DNA from: Bacteroidota bacterium
Lineage (GTDB): Bacteria > Bacteroidota > Bacteroidia > Palsa-965
Length of the DNA stretch: 63,080 bases
Assembly (NCBI GenBank): GCA_021299855.1
Contig: JAJTEY010000005.1
Location: 1 to 63,080, forward strand
Reading direction: 5' to 3'
Numbering within the stretch: position 1 is the stretch's first letter; each line of letters starts with the position of its first letter. Shown here piece by piece: positions 9,380 through 19,854 of the stretch. A program made the position numbers and the translations under genes. The notes below the pieces were generated by a model, which searched no databases, was not told where the DNA came from, and saw nothing but the letters and a program-made list of their open reading frames with translations.

Positions 9380-9446
9380 AACTGTTGGAACAGTTCGGGA
9401 ACAAAAGGCAGCCCTCAAACGTATATTTGTTTGAGTATCCGCTATT

Positions 9447-10316
9447 ATGCCCGACAAAAACGAAATAAATGCCCTGATCAGTTTGCTGGATGACCCTGAT
9501 GAAGCGGTTTTTCGGCATATTCGTGAAAAACTGCTTTCGCTTGGCGAAGAAGTAATTCCGGAATTGGAGTCCGCTTGGGAAAGTTCCTTTGATGCTGTTT
9601 TTCAGGAACGGGTAGAAAATATTATTCAAAGTATACAGTTTGATCGTGTAAAGCACGAATTAATGGCTTGGGCACTTCCCGGTCATCAGGACCTATTGGA
9701 GGGTGCGTTATTGATTGCCAAATATCAATATCCTGATTTGAACGAAATCCAGGTTCGGAAATATCTGGATCAGATGAAGCAGGATATTTGGCTGGAACTG
9801 AATAACAATTTAACGGCACTCGAAAAAGTTCGCGTTATCAATCACATCATATTTGATGTTCATGGTTTTGGTGGTAACACAACTAATTTTCATGCACCTC
9901 AGAATTCACTGATAAACACAGTTCTTGAAACGAAGCGCGGTAATCAAGTGAGTTTATCGATCATTTACGCTGTAATTGCTCAGGACTTACACATTCCGAT
10001 TTACGGTGTCAATCTGCCGGAACATTTCATATTGGCTTATGTAGATCAAGGAGGAACGAGTGACGTTGTAACCGATGATCCGGAGCGTGTGTTGTTTTAT
10101 ATCAATCCATTCAGTCGTGGATCAGTTGTAAGCAAAAAAGAAATTGACGCTTTTATTCGTCAGCATCGTTTAGAAGAGAAGTCGGAGTTTTATACGCCTT
10201 GCTCCAATCTGGTAATTATTAAGCGCTTGCTGAACAATCTCCTTCATGCTTACGAAAAGTTGGGCTACGCTTTAAAGGTGGATGAAATCCGTCGATTAAT
10301 ATTGGCAATAAGCTAA
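9447..10316 (+). CDS. SirB1 family transglutaminase-like protein
   Basis: LISLLDDPD, VLETKRGNQVSLSIIY, GVNLPEHFIL, FYINPF; TATATTTG -7 element at 9422-9429. Confidence 0.82.
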   Translation: MPDKNEINALISLLDDPDEAVFRHIREKLLSLGEEVIPELESAWESSFDAVFQERVENIIQSIQFDRVKHELMAWALPGHQDLLEGALLIAKYQYPDLNEIQVRKYLDQMKQDIWLELNNNLTALEKVRVINHIIFDVHGFGGNTTNFHAPQNSLINTVLETKRGNQVSLSIIYAVIAQDLHIPIYGVNLPEHFILAYVDQGGTSDVVTDDPERVLFYINPFSRGSVVSKKEIDAFIRQHRLEEKSEFYTPCSNLVIIKRLLNNLLHAYEKLGYALKVDEIRRLILAIS

Positions 10317-10336
10317 TTTATCGCCACCAGAATTAC

Positions 10337-10924
10337 TTACCGGATTATTCTCAAAATCGTACGCGCGATAATTTTCAGATCCGTAATTAATCCGCTTTCG
10401 TTAATGTAACGAGCATTTAATTTAAGCTTGGCCGGCATTACTTCTTTGATGTAGGTCTCTTCCGGATTGTCTGATTTTGCCAACAACTCATTTTCTTCAA
10501 AATATTCTAAGGATGCGTGATCCGTAATTCCGGGACGAACAGATAACACCTTTCGTTGTTCATCGGAATATAAATCTACATACTTCCGCACTTCGGGTCT
10601 TGGACCTACTAAACTCATGTCGCCCAACAAGACGTTAATCAATTGGGGCAATTCATCCAACTTATATTTTCGAAGAAAATAACCTGCGCGAGTGATGCGA
10701 GGATCACGCCCTCCGACAGTCAACAAACCTTTTTTGTCGGCATCGGGAACCATGCTTCGGAATTTCCACAACTTGAAATCAACTCCATTCCTGCCTACAC
10801 GAATTTGCTTATAGAACACGCCTCCTCTACTTTCCATACTGATCCAAATGCCAAGAAAAAGGAAGAGCGGCAGCAGTATCAATAAGCCAATGAATGATGC
10901 AACAATGTCGCAAAGTCGTTTCAT
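10337..10924 (-). CDS. Small monotopic phosphoglycosyl transferase (Bac_transf, PglC-like initiating transferase)
   Basis: KRLCDI, KFRSM, DPRITRAG, KLDELPQLINVLLGDMSLVGPRPE, RPGIT. Confidence 0.93.
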   Translation of the reverse strand: MKRLCDIVASFIGLLILLPLFLFLGIWISMESRGGVFYKQIRVGRNGVDFKLWKFRSMVPDADKKGLLTVGGRDPRITRAGYFLRKYKLDELPQLINVLLGDMSLVGPRPEVRKYVDLYSDEQRKVLSVRPGITDHASLEYFEENELLAKSDNPEETYIKEVMPAKLKLNARYINESGLITDLKIIARTILRIIR

Positions 10925-12141
10925 GCGAGTCCTGTTCCAATAACTTTATGCACAGCAATAACCACTGCCTGAACAACCTGTTTTACTTGTTCTTCCGTGA
11001 TGTCGTAAAAAATCGGAAGTGAAATTTCGCGTGAAAAATTGTCGTACGTCGTTGGGTAATTCTTGATATCATAACCCGAATTACGATAGAAGCTCATCAT
11101 CGGAACGGGAATAAAATGCACGTTAACAGAAACATCTTGATCGAAAATGTGTTGTATGATCTGATCCCGTTGCGTTTCAGATATTCCCTTTATTCTTAAC
11201 GGATATAAATGATAACAAGTTGTTGTATTATCGTTTTGCAGAATAGGTAATTCCGCCCAATCGTAGGCACTTAAGATCCAGCTGTATTGCTCGGCAACTT
11301 TACGACGCTTCACCAACGTGTCATTATCGTAACGTTCCAATTCTACTAATCCGATCGCGGCCATAATATCCGTCATGTTGCACTTGTATCCGGGTTCGAT
11401 GATATCGTACTTCCAGTTACCCTTTTGCATTTTAGCCAAAGCATCTTTGTTTTGACCGTGAAGCGTTTTAATGCACAAATAATTATAAATCGCCTGATTA
11501 TCGAATGGTGCAGGCAAATTCAACGCCACTGCTCCTCCTTCTGCAGTGGTCAAATTCTTAACCGCGTGAAAAGAAAATACGGTAACGTCCGTTAACGCAC
11601 CCGTCTTTCTCCCCTTATAAAGAGCGCCCATAGAATGCGCCGCGTCCGATAATATCATGATTCGCCCCAATTGCTGTTGCTCCGGCGTTGCAGGAACAAA
11701 AACCGATCGACGTGCTTCCGCCAATTTATTAATGGCGTCATAATCACAAGGAAATCCTCCAAAATCAACGGGCATGATCACCTTGGTTTTTGGAGTAATT
11801 GCTTTTTCAATAGCAGAAACGTTGATATTAAAATCATCCGCATTGACATCCACAAATACCGGAGTTGCTCCACAGTGCATAACGACATTGGCTGTCGCGG
11901 AATACGTGTATGCCGGCAAAATCACTTCATCTCCCGGTTTAACTCCAAACCAGCGCAACATAATTTCTAAACCTGCAGTTGCCGAATTCAAACACAATGT
12001 AGCAGGAGCCTGATAGTAGGTTGATAATTCTTTTTCGAACCGTTTTGTTTTTGGACCTGTAGTAATCCAACCACTACGAAGTGTATCCGTAACTTCATCA
12101 ATAATTTTCTGATCGATACGAGGTGGAGAAAACGGCACCAT
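10921..12141 (-). CDS. DegT/DnrJ/EryC1/StrS family PLP-dependent sugar aminotransferase
   Basis: SGWITTGP, NSATAGL, DAAHS, FSFHAVKNLTTAEGG, GYKCNMTDI, ISLPI. Confidence 0.94.
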   Translation of the reverse strand: MVPFSPPRIDQKIIDEVTDTLRSGWITTGPKTKRFEKELSTYYQAPATLCLNSATAGLEIMLRWFGVKPGDEVILPAYTYSATANVVMHCGATPVFVDVNADDFNINVSAIEKAITPKTKVIMPVDFGGFPCDYDAINKLAEARRSVFVPATPEQQQLGRIMILSDAAHSMGALYKGRKTGALTDVTVFSFHAVKNLTTAEGGAVALNLPAPFDNQAIYNYLCIKTLHGQNKDALAKMQKGNWKYDIIEPGYKCNMTDIMAAIGLVELERYDNDTLVKRRKVAEQYSWILSAYDWAELPILQNDNTTTCYHLYPLRIKGISETQRDQIIQHIFDQDVSVNVHFIPVPMMSFYRNSGYDIKNYPTTYDNFSREISLPIFYDITEEQVKQVVQAVVIAVHKVIGTGLA

Positions 12142-12170
12142 AGCTATTGAGTCTTTTTACTGTGAAGAAA

Positions 12171-13400
12171 TTAATCGGGCAGAAACACTTTGCGATCTGC
12201 AGAGAACAAAAGTATTGAATATAAAAATCCGACATACATGGTTCCTGCCTGCAACTGTAAAATGGATTCCGGAATCATATTGATGGTTAGTAGTCCGCCA
12301 ACAATTACAATTATGCCCAAACGTGCACGTATTGCCCACAGCACAACACCTAAAGTTAAAGTCAGCAATACCGCCAATCCCAACCAACCAAGTGCCAATC
12401 CTGTCTGAAAAAACTGACTATGTGCATTTAACTTTTTCTCGAATGCACCCGTCATTCCCGACTCCTCGTACTTATTCATTAGTTCATCCTGCACATCGCC
12501 GGTTCCATATCCATACAACGGTGCATCCATTATTAACACTGCATCCGCACTCCAGATCAACATCCGCACTTCGCTACTTTCGGATGAAGTTGGATCAACA
12601 ACTTTATTACCCGACAAACTCGTCATCATGCGTTGAAATGTTTCTTCTAATCGCGGAGAAGTTTGAATAGCCAGCCATGCTCCTCCAACAAGCACGAATA
12701 GTGCAATAGCCCCGCTAACATATCGTTTAAAGCGTATTACCGCGTATACGGTGTAAAAAATCAGCACGGCCGCCAATGACAAGAAACCCATTTTAGAAGA
12801 CAACAGAAAAACGATAAATGCAAAAAATAAGCCCAACAAAGTTGCAATCAACTTATTTCGGGATGATTCATTCTTGAGCAACACTCCATGAAAAAGAAAT
12901 ACAATGCCGGACACGAAATACAATGCCAGATACGATGGGTGCATAATATTTTCCGTGAAGGTCTGATACACGAAAGTACTTGTTCCCAGTTCAGAATAGC
13001 GCAGCGCGCCACGCACGATCATAAAAACACCAACCCCAATCAATCCAATAACGAAAGCAATAAAGACTTTTCTGGTTTCTTTTTCAGTTAAGCGAATGGA
13101 TGCAAATACGATGGATAGCAAGAATACAGGAATCTTGACCTGAATACTGTTTAGCGCTTCATCATGATTATCCGACCATAATATTCCGAGCACATACAAC
13201 GCAGTAAATACAATAAAAACAGCCAACCAAGGTGCATTGCGCATATTATTCCATTTATCCTTCCAATTTGGATTTAATAACCAAAATAAAACGAGAAAGG
13301 TGGAAAATTGAGAAGTTAAAAAATTAAACGGCAGTAGCGCGCAACACAGCAGCAGCAGGAATCGCATTGTTGAATCTGTTATCGTTGCGTATCGTGACAT
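12171..13400 (-). CDS. O-antigen ligase family (Wzy_C/WaaL-like) membrane protein
   Basis: Many TM helices; periplasmic R..IW, GYGTGD, NAHSQF (His motif), GWLGL. Confidence 0.85.
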   Translation of the reverse strand: MSRYATITDSTMRFLLLLCCALLPFNFLTSQFSTFLVLFWLLNPNWKDKWNNMRNAPWLAVFIVFTALYVLGILWSDNHDEALNSIQVKIPVFLLSIVFASIRLTEKETRKVFIAFVIGLIGVGVFMIVRGALRYSELGTSTFVYQTFTENIMHPSYLALYFVSGIVFLFHGVLLKNESSRNKLIATLLGLFFAFIVFLLSSKMGFLSLAAVLIFYTVYAVIRFKRYVSGAIALFVLVGGAWLAIQTSPRLEETFQRMMTSLSGNKVVDPTSSESSEVRMLIWSADAVLIMDAPLYGYGTGDVQDELMNKYEESGMTGAFEKKLNAHSQFFQTGLALGWLGLAVLLTLTLGVVLWAIRARLGIIVIVGGLLTINMIPESILQLQAGTMYVGFLYSILLFSADRKVFLPD

Positions 13401-14638
13401 TACCCGATTTGTTTTTTGCGAATGCCTTCCAACTTTTGAAACAGCGCTGAAGCAATTTTATTTCGTTCAAACTTTTCGCTTACGTACGCTCTACCGCGCT
13501 TACCCCATTCCTTCGCTTGTTCCGCATGCCGGCTAACAAACAACACGGCATCAGCCAACGCCTGCTCATTTTCCGGTTCAAAATGTAAACCTGCATTAGC
13601 TTCATTAATAAAAAGTGTTTTGGCTTCACCATCAATTCCCAATAGCACGGGCTTTTCCATAGCCAGATTTTCAAACACTTTAGAAGGAATTGCACCTTTG
13701 AATAAGTCCAATTTACGCAATGGAAGTACAGCACAATCAATCATCGCGACAAATGAAGGCATTAAGGTTTTAGGAATTGCATCCAAAAAAATAACGTTAT
13801 CCAATGCCCATTCTGTTCGTAGCTGTTTCAATCGTTCTTTTTCAGGACCTTCCCCCAAGAGCACGAATTTAATATCGTTGTGATCTTTTAGGAGACGTGC
13901 TGCTTTGAGAATAACCTCAAGACCTTGAGCATGACCAATAATGCCACCATAAAAAAACACCTTGTCTGTAGGCTTTAATCCGTGCACATTTCTCTCCTGC
14001 GCTACAACATGCTTCGGATCATACAACGAAATATCCACGCCATTAGGTAGCCAATACACCTCTTTATTTGGAAATCGAGATTTGATGTTGTGAACAATAC
14101 CCTGCGTTTGACCCGTTATCAAAACCGATTTACGATACAAGAATTCTTCCAGCGCAGTCGAAATTCGAAGCAAGAACGTGTTCTTTACCAGTCCAAGTTT
14201 TTCCGCACTTTCCGGCCATAAATCGGACACATTAAAAATCATTGGAGTGCGCTTAAAACGCGATAACAGAAACGCTGTAATTCCCAGAAACAAAGGCGGT
14301 GATTCACAAATCAAAAAATGGCCACGTTTCATTCTAAAACACCCAATCCAAAATGCACTAAATACAAACGAAAAATAATTAAGTAAACGAGGCAGAATCG
14401 ATTTTGATTGCGGCACATAAATCCAACATCGTGTTACAGGAATTCCGTCTATTTCTTCTTCCACACGCCATTTCCCGCGATAGCCTTCTGCAATTTTCAT
14501 GTGCGGATAATTGGGCATTGCGGTAATTACGCGAACATCTGCACCCAAAGCTTTCAATCGAACAGCCAGTTCCGACAAGCGATTTTGCGGAGCCCCAACT
14601 TCGGGTGGATAGTATTGAGATAAAATGACAATTTTCAT
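13400..14638 (-). CDS. Glycosyltransferase family 4 (WbuB-like)
   Basis: QYYPPEVGA, PNYP, RLLNYFSF, DLWPES, G.IGHAQGL, IPSKVFE.LA..KPV. Confidence 0.9.
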   Translation of the reverse strand: MKIVILSQYYPPEVGAPQNRLSELAVRLKALGADVRVITAMPNYPHMKIAEGYRGKWRVEEEIDGIPVTRCWIYVPQSKSILPRLLNYFSFVFSAFWIGCFRMKRGHFLICESPPLFLGITAFLLSRFKRTPMIFNVSDLWPESAEKLGLVKNTFLLRISTALEEFLYRKSVLITGQTQGIVHNIKSRFPNKEVYWLPNGVDISLYDPKHVVAQERNVHGLKPTDKVFFYGGIIGHAQGLEVILKAARLLKDHNDIKFVLLGEGPEKERLKQLRTEWALDNVIFLDAIPKTLMPSFVAMIDCAVLPLRKLDLFKGAIPSKVFENLAMEKPVLLGIDGEAKTLFINEANAGLHFEPENEQALADAVLFVSRHAEQAKEWGKRGRAYVSEKFERNKIASALFQKLEGIRKKQIG

Positions 14639-15741
14639 GGCATCATTTTATCGTAAAGCGATTCAACAGTATCGAGATTTTTCTCCCAATCATAATTTTC
14701 CAAAACACGTTGTCGCGCAGCATCACCCATTTGCTTACGAAGTTCTAGATTATTCAGCAAATGTAGTATAGCATCCGCGGCTTTGCCCGGTTCGTTTTTG
14801 GGAACGACAAGTGCGGTAATGCCGGAAACTGCAACTTCCTGAAAGCCGGATGCATTACTCACTACTGCCGGTTTTCCGCAAGCCATGGCTTCGACAAGGG
14901 CTACACCGAAACTTTCTTCTCGCGATAATGCCACAAATACATCAAAACTTCTGTGGCAGTCGGGAACTTGGTGATGTTCAATTTGTCCTAAAAAAGTAAC
15001 AACGTCATCACATTTCAACTCCCCGGTTAATTGCTCCAAGTGCTTACGCTGTGAACCATCACCACCAATGATTAATCGTACGTTCCCCGTAAATCGTTGG
15101 CGAACTTCCGCGAACGCTGTAATCAACGTATCAATGCCATAAGCAGGTTCCAATGATTTCACGGTACCGATAATTATTTCGTTCGGGTGTCGTAGTGATG
15201 CGGACACTCCGGGAGAAAACAAATTCACATCAACTCCAAACGGTGTAACAGCAACGCTTCCGGAATAGTATTTCCTAATTTCCCGCGCCATTACATGACT
15301 GGTAGAAAAAACGCCCTTGGCTCGATTCAGGTTGAATTGAATCATTTTTTTGTGCAAGAAACTGCGTGATGCAAAATCGTAAATATCCGATCCCCAAACA
15401 GAGATCACAAAAGGTTGAAATCGACTTAATGCACCCAGCAATCCGTATGAAGTTGCATAATGGGCATGAACCAAATGCGGTTGAAATGAAGTAATGATTT
15501 TTTTGAGATATGGCAGCAACTTCACGTACTTCAATTTACCCGCTAAACCGCCTTGAAAAGTTGCAGTTGAAAAACCATGCTCATCAAACACCTGAATGTT
15601 CGGATAAGTTGTCCACCACTTTAACTCACTTTTTCGAAGACTGAAGATACCTACTTCATAACCGCGTGTTGCCAAAGAAATTGCCCATTTGCGCGTATGA
15701 GAGGAATCCACATCGGACAAGAATAATATTCTTCGTGCCAT
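14635..15741 (-). CDS. Glycosyltransferase family 4
   Basis: HAHYATSYG, WGSD, ESFGVALVEAMACGKP (EX7E). Confidence 0.9.
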   Translation of the reverse strand: MARRILFLSDVDSSHTRKWAISLATRGYEVGIFSLRKSELKWWTTYPNIQVFDEHGFSTATFQGGLAGKLKYVKLLPYLKKIITSFQPHLVHAHYATSYGLLGALSRFQPFVISVWGSDIYDFASRSFLHKKMIQFNLNRAKGVFSTSHVMAREIRKYYSGSVAVTPFGVDVNLFSPGVSASLRHPNEIIIGTVKSLEPAYGIDTLITAFAEVRQRFTGNVRLIIGGDGSQRKHLEQLTGELKCDDVVTFLGQIEHHQVPDCHRSFDVFVALSREESFGVALVEAMACGKPAVVSNASGFQEVAVSGITALVVPKNEPGKAADAILHLLNNLELRKQMGDAARQRVLENYDWEKNLDTVESLYDKMMP

Positions 15742-15863
15742 TGTGGTAAAAATAGAAAATTCGATCCACCTGCCGGTACAAGAATTACTTCACTATGGCA
15801 CATTCTATCCGCTGCAGCAGGATTATGTACATTTGATAACAGTAATTGTTTCTTCCGGTACAT

Positions 15864-17006
15864 ATGAATCGACCGAAAATAGCCTTTATCAGTGAACAGG
15901 ATGCGAGGGACAAGCGCTCGTGGTCGGGTACACAATACTTTATATGGCAAGCACTTCAAAATCATGTGGGTGATGTTACTTTGCTTGAACCGTATACTCC
16001 AAGAGTTCTGAAATTCTTTTGTTCCGCATTTAATTATTTGTCGTTGCGCATTCTCAAAAAACGATTCGACTACCGGCATTCCGATGTTATGAGTAACGCA
16101 TACGGCAAGCACTATTCGAAACTGCTGCGACAAAATGAATATGATCTTGTCGTTATTTCCGCATCTATTGCAACCATGTCGGGTATACAAACAAAAATTC
16201 CAACCGTTTATATCAACGATCGTGTTATTAGCGGTGCGATTAACTACCACAAAATCCTGACAGATCTTTTTGCTTTTTCACGCAGACAAAGTATTGCGAA
16301 TGATCGTAAGGCCATCCTCAATAGTTCATTGTCCGTATTTTGTTCGGACTGGGCTGCTGATGCTGCACGTGCTATTGCACCGGATAAAGTTGTTATGATT
16401 CCGTTCGGTGCGAATCTGGAGAAAACACCCGAACAACCTAATGTGTTAACGTTTCCTCCACAAAAAATAAAATTGTTATTCGCGGGAGTTAACTGGTTCG
16501 ACAAAGGAGGTCCGAAAGCGTTTGACGCGTTACTGCATTTGTTGAACAATGGATATGATGCCGAATTATCTGTTGTAGGCTGCACACCGCTGAAAGAATT
16601 TGAACACGAGAAGTTGACGTGTTGCGGATTTCTGAATAAAAACAATGTTGCGGAATTCGAACAACTCACCGCGCTTTATCGCAGTCATCATTTTTTCATT
16701 CTTCCAACCAAATACGAAGCATACGGACTTGTATTTTGCGAATCGGCAGCATACGGATTACCGGCCCTCGCGCCACGAACAGGCGGCATTCCAACAATAA
16801 TCGATCATGAGAAGACTGGAATTTTACTTCCGGAAACGGCAACAGGACAGGAATACGCCAATGAAATTATCGCTCTCCTGAAACAACCCGAACTATGGCA
16901 ACTGCTACGCACCAACGCTTATCAAAAATATACTTCAACTTTAAATTGGGAGTCGTGGGCTGCAACACTGAAAGCAACGTGTGCCGCACGAAAAATTATT
17001 GATTAG
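15864..17006 (+). CDS. Glycosyltransferase family 4, on the opposite strand within the glycan locus
   Basis: WSGT, IPFGAN, WFDKGG, EAYGLVFCESAAYGLP (EX7E); own TACATTTG -7 element at 15828-15835. Confidence 0.88.
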   Translation: MNRPKIAFISEQDARDKRSWSGTQYFIWQALQNHVGDVTLLEPYTPRVLKFFCSAFNYLSLRILKKRFDYRHSDVMSNAYGKHYSKLLRQNEYDLVVISASIATMSGIQTKIPTVYINDRVISGAINYHKILTDLFAFSRRQSIANDRKAILNSSLSVFCSDWAADAARAIAPDKVVMIPFGANLEKTPEQPNVLTFPPQKIKLLFAGVNWFDKGGPKAFDALLHLLNNGYDAELSVVGCTPLKEFEHEKLTCCGFLNKNNVAEFEQLTALYRSHHFFILPTKYEAYGLVFCESAAYGLPALAPRTGGIPTIIDHEKTGILLPETATGQEYANEIIALLKQPELWQLLRTNAYQKYTSTLNWESWAATLKATCAARKIID

Positions 17007-18970
17007 TCGTTTATCTCCAATAGTGTTTTGTATGCAGCGCTGAATGCATCAACACTAAAATGTTCGATCGCATAGGTTCTCGCTGCTACACTAATCGCAT
17101 TCATTTTGTTCTGATTTGTAACCAAATCGGATACTACTTCAACCGATTCCAGAACTACAGCGTCCGCTTCCGCCGAATGCAACACAACTCCATTCTTGCC
17201 ATCTAAACGATTGGGAATATCGCCAACCGGCGTAGCCACAACCACCAATCCGGAAGCCATTGCTTCCATAATGACAACAGGAAAGCCTTCACGACTTGAA
17301 GTGACAATCAAAATTTGATGGTCGGCATACACAGCAGCCAACTCTTTTTCATCCGTAATTTCACCTAAACATGCTACATACGGAGCATCTATTTGTGCAA
17401 CGCCAACAACCGTACATCGAACAACGTTGTTGAATCGCTGTTTCAGCGTTTCAGCAATTTGCACAAAGAGTTCCAATCGTTTTTCGGGACTATTGCGACC
17501 TACGAACAACACTCCTACAGACCCATTTCGCGATGAGTTAATTTCAGGTATGTGAACAGCATTGGAAATAAATGTCGATCGCTGTCGAAGTTGCGCCGGA
17601 ATGTTATGATGAAATAAAAACCGATCGAATTCCTGCATAGCAGCATTGGATATAAATACACGCTGATCAATTCGTTTCGCGAGTGGCAGTAACGCTTTGT
17701 GTGCCAGATTTGCTTGTGGCTGATACTTGAAAGCATGTATCAATTCGATGACATTAACGCTATCATTCAAGAGTGGAATTAAATCGTAAAAGAATGCAGC
17801 ATTGGAGCCCATGACCACAGCATGGCAACGATTCATTTTCTCAGCCAACTTTTGAAGTGCATTGTTCGAAGTGAATGGATAGTTCAAATAATTCGGGATA
17901 ACCAGCACCTCGGCATGTTCGGCAAATCGCGACAGAAATTTTTCATTATCGGAAAATCCTGAAAAAATGACGAGCGGTTTAGCGTGCTTAGTAGCTGCTA
18001 CAATAGCTGCATGAACCTTTTCTGCACCACCTACATGCGTGTACGGAAAAATGAAAAAATGCCGTCCGTTATACGAGTGCAACATACTTTCGAATGCACG
18101 CTTTTCCATAAGTACCTGAAATGGAGAGCTTGTCAAGAATCGCTTGGTATAACGTGCCCGGCGTGGAATCAGATTGACTTTCCAATGCCTGGCGATCGTT
18201 CGGAACATTCCAATCAATACCTGAAAGAAGAAAGCGTTCCATTGAAACTGCATAAAACGTCCTATCAGGAACTTTCTCAATACACGCAACAAACGAACTT
18301 CCAGCACTTCTTTGCGTTTGTCACCTGCGGTAATGCTGTCCGCATGAATACGATACAACAATAACGTCTCAGAAAGTTTTGCTATTCGCTTACCGTCGCT
18401 TAATAATCGCAACCACAGATCCCAATCTTCAGCACCTTTTTGATTGGAACGATACAAATACGCTCGTGCAATTTCAGTTCGAATCATTACCGATGGATGC
18501 GCAATACAATTAGTTCGCGTCATTACACGCGCAATTTCCTCAATTGTCACAGCCGATTGATCTGTAGACCAATTGCCGGTTACTCCGCCATCCGTATTGA
18601 TAAAATCGACCAATGATGCCACAACAGCGACATCTGAATGTTGCTCTAAAAATTCAACTTGTTTACTTAAACGATCAGGTAGGCATACATCATCAGCATC
18701 CATACGCGCGATAAACTTTCCGTTTGCAAGCTGTATTCCTTTATTCAATGTCGCAATCAATCCAAGATTTCGTTCATTATTGATGACACGAATTCTTTCG
18801 TCACGGAATGATGTAATAATACCAGCACTTCCGTCTGCAGAACCGTCGTTGATGATAATAAATTCAAAGTCGGAGTACCTTTGCTCTAGCACACTAGTGA
18901 CTGCTTCACGAAGAAAACGCGAAGCGTTATAGACGGGCATCAGCACAGTAACTGACGGAGATCGCTTCAT
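17003..18970 (-). CDS. Bifunctional glycosyltransferase, GT2 fused to GT4
   Basis: N-terminal VLMPVYN, INDGS, ARMDADD, EDWDLW; C-terminal GGAEKV, FVGR...KR, EGFPVVIMEAMASG. Start 18970 gives an ATGA overlap with the upstream stop. Confidence 0.88.
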   Translation of the reverse strand: MKRSPSVTVLMPVYNASRFLREAVTSVLEQRYSDFEFIIINDGSADGSAGIITSFRDERIRVINNERNLGLIATLNKGIQLANGKFIARMDADDVCLPDRLSKQVEFLEQHSDVAVVASLVDFINTDGGVTGNWSTDQSAVTIEEIARVMTRTNCIAHPSVMIRTEIARAYLYRSNQKGAEDWDLWLRLLSDGKRIAKLSETLLLYRIHADSITAGDKRKEVLEVRLLRVLRKFLIGRFMQFQWNAFFFQVLIGMFRTIARHWKVNLIPRRARYTKRFLTSSPFQVLMEKRAFESMLHSYNGRHFFIFPYTHVGGAEKVHAAIVAATKHAKPLVIFSGFSDNEKFLSRFAEHAEVLVIPNYLNYPFTSNNALQKLAEKMNRCHAVVMGSNAAFFYDLIPLLNDSVNVIELIHAFKYQPQANLAHKALLPLAKRIDQRVFISNAAMQEFDRFLFHHNIPAQLRQRSTFISNAVHIPEINSSRNGSVGVLFVGRNSPEKRLELFVQIAETLKQRFNNVVRCTVVGVAQIDAPYVACLGEITDEKELAAVYADHQILIVTSSREGFPVVIMEAMASGLVVVATPVGDIPNRLDGKNGVVLHSAEADAVVLESVEVVSDLVTNQNKMNAISVAARTYAIEHFSVDAFSAAYKTLLEIND

Positions 18971-19854
18971 ATCCTCACCCATGCCGCAGGAAGTATATCG
19001 TTAATATCCGCATCCGGCTGATTGATCCACACTGAAGGTCCGATTACAATTTTATCATTGTCGGGATTGAGCCATGCTCCCCACCAGCTGAAGGAACTGT
19101 TGGCGATAATATGATGCCTGCATAAACTCATCAGGCGCATATCTTCAAAGCTATTCTGCGACGTATTGAAATCAATAACATGTGTCTGAGTACCGGTATC
19201 AATATTTACTTTCACCCATTCAGGATCATCAGAGAATAGAAAGAACACCGGATCTTTCAAATGAGTCTTGATATAAGAAACGGCTTGCTTATAGTAATCG
19301 ACTGTGCAAATGTTACCAAAGAGCTTTTCATTTATGGGCTTCAGATAATCGCTCCGACGCACATGCAAACTAACTGACTGACAAGATCGGATTCTTTGAG
19401 CCATGAGTGCAGTAGCTTCATTGGTAGGATTACAAAAGGCGAACTCTTTCCGGAGTTCGTCCTCAACTTCCTTGAAGTAAAACTCCGAATGAAAGTAACC
19501 GTCAATGTAAGTGTCGGCTCCGAGCTTCATGAATCCATGATCGACGCGCAACAAATCGTAGCGATAGACACGATTTCTGATCAGAGAAGGCGCGAATCGA
19601 CGTAAGAGGCGATACCAATATGAAGTTCTTTCGGGAAGAAAATCTATCAACTCTTCAACACTTGCAAACTGAGGGTCCAATTGAAAAACACCCAGCTCAA
19701 ACTCACGTTTGGTAAACACATCCGATTGAACTGAGTTTTCGAGAGAGGTGGTTGACAACAATAATTTTGTACGATTGCGCCTTGCAAGGGCGAAGGCCGC
19801 CGCATACTGAAACATCTGGTTTCCCAGCCCGCCTTTTAGGTTGACGATGATCAT
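18967..19854 (-). CDS. Alpha-1,2-fucosyltransferase family (GT11)
   Basis: GGLGNQMFQYA, GYFHSE.YF, HVRRSD (HxRRxD), FSDD, IIANSSFSWWGAWLN. Start 19854 gives an ATGA overlap. Confidence 0.92.
   Translation of the reverse strand: MIIVNLKGGLGNQMFQYAAAFALARRNRTKLLLSTTSLENSVQSDVFTKREFELGVFQLDPQFASVEELIDFLPERTSYWYRLLRRFAPSLIRNRVYRYDLLRVDHGFMKLGADTYIDGYFHSEFYFKEVEDELRKEFAFCNPTNEATALMAQRIRSCQSVSLHVRRSDYLKPINEKLFGNICTVDYYKQAVSYIKTHLKDPVFFLFSDDPEWVKVNIDTGTQTHVIDFNTSQNSFEDMRLMSLCRHHIIANSSFSWWGAWLNPDNDKIVIGPSVWINQPDADINDILPAAWVRI

Noticed and set aside
15742-15863. Invertible promoter of Bacteroides capsule type, or sigma54 site at tggcacattctatcc
   Set aside because: No flanking inverted repeats, recombinase or UpxY gene seen; the -12 element does not match.
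15651-16250. 199-aa minus-strand ORF and the many other 60-140 aa alternative-frame ORFs in the track
   Set aside because: They overlap well-supported genes and have no recognisable motifs; treated as shadow ORFs.
19340-19370. GT11 motif HVRRSD instead of HVRRGD as a sign of inactivation
   Set aside because: The family motif is HxRRxD and the key residues are intact.
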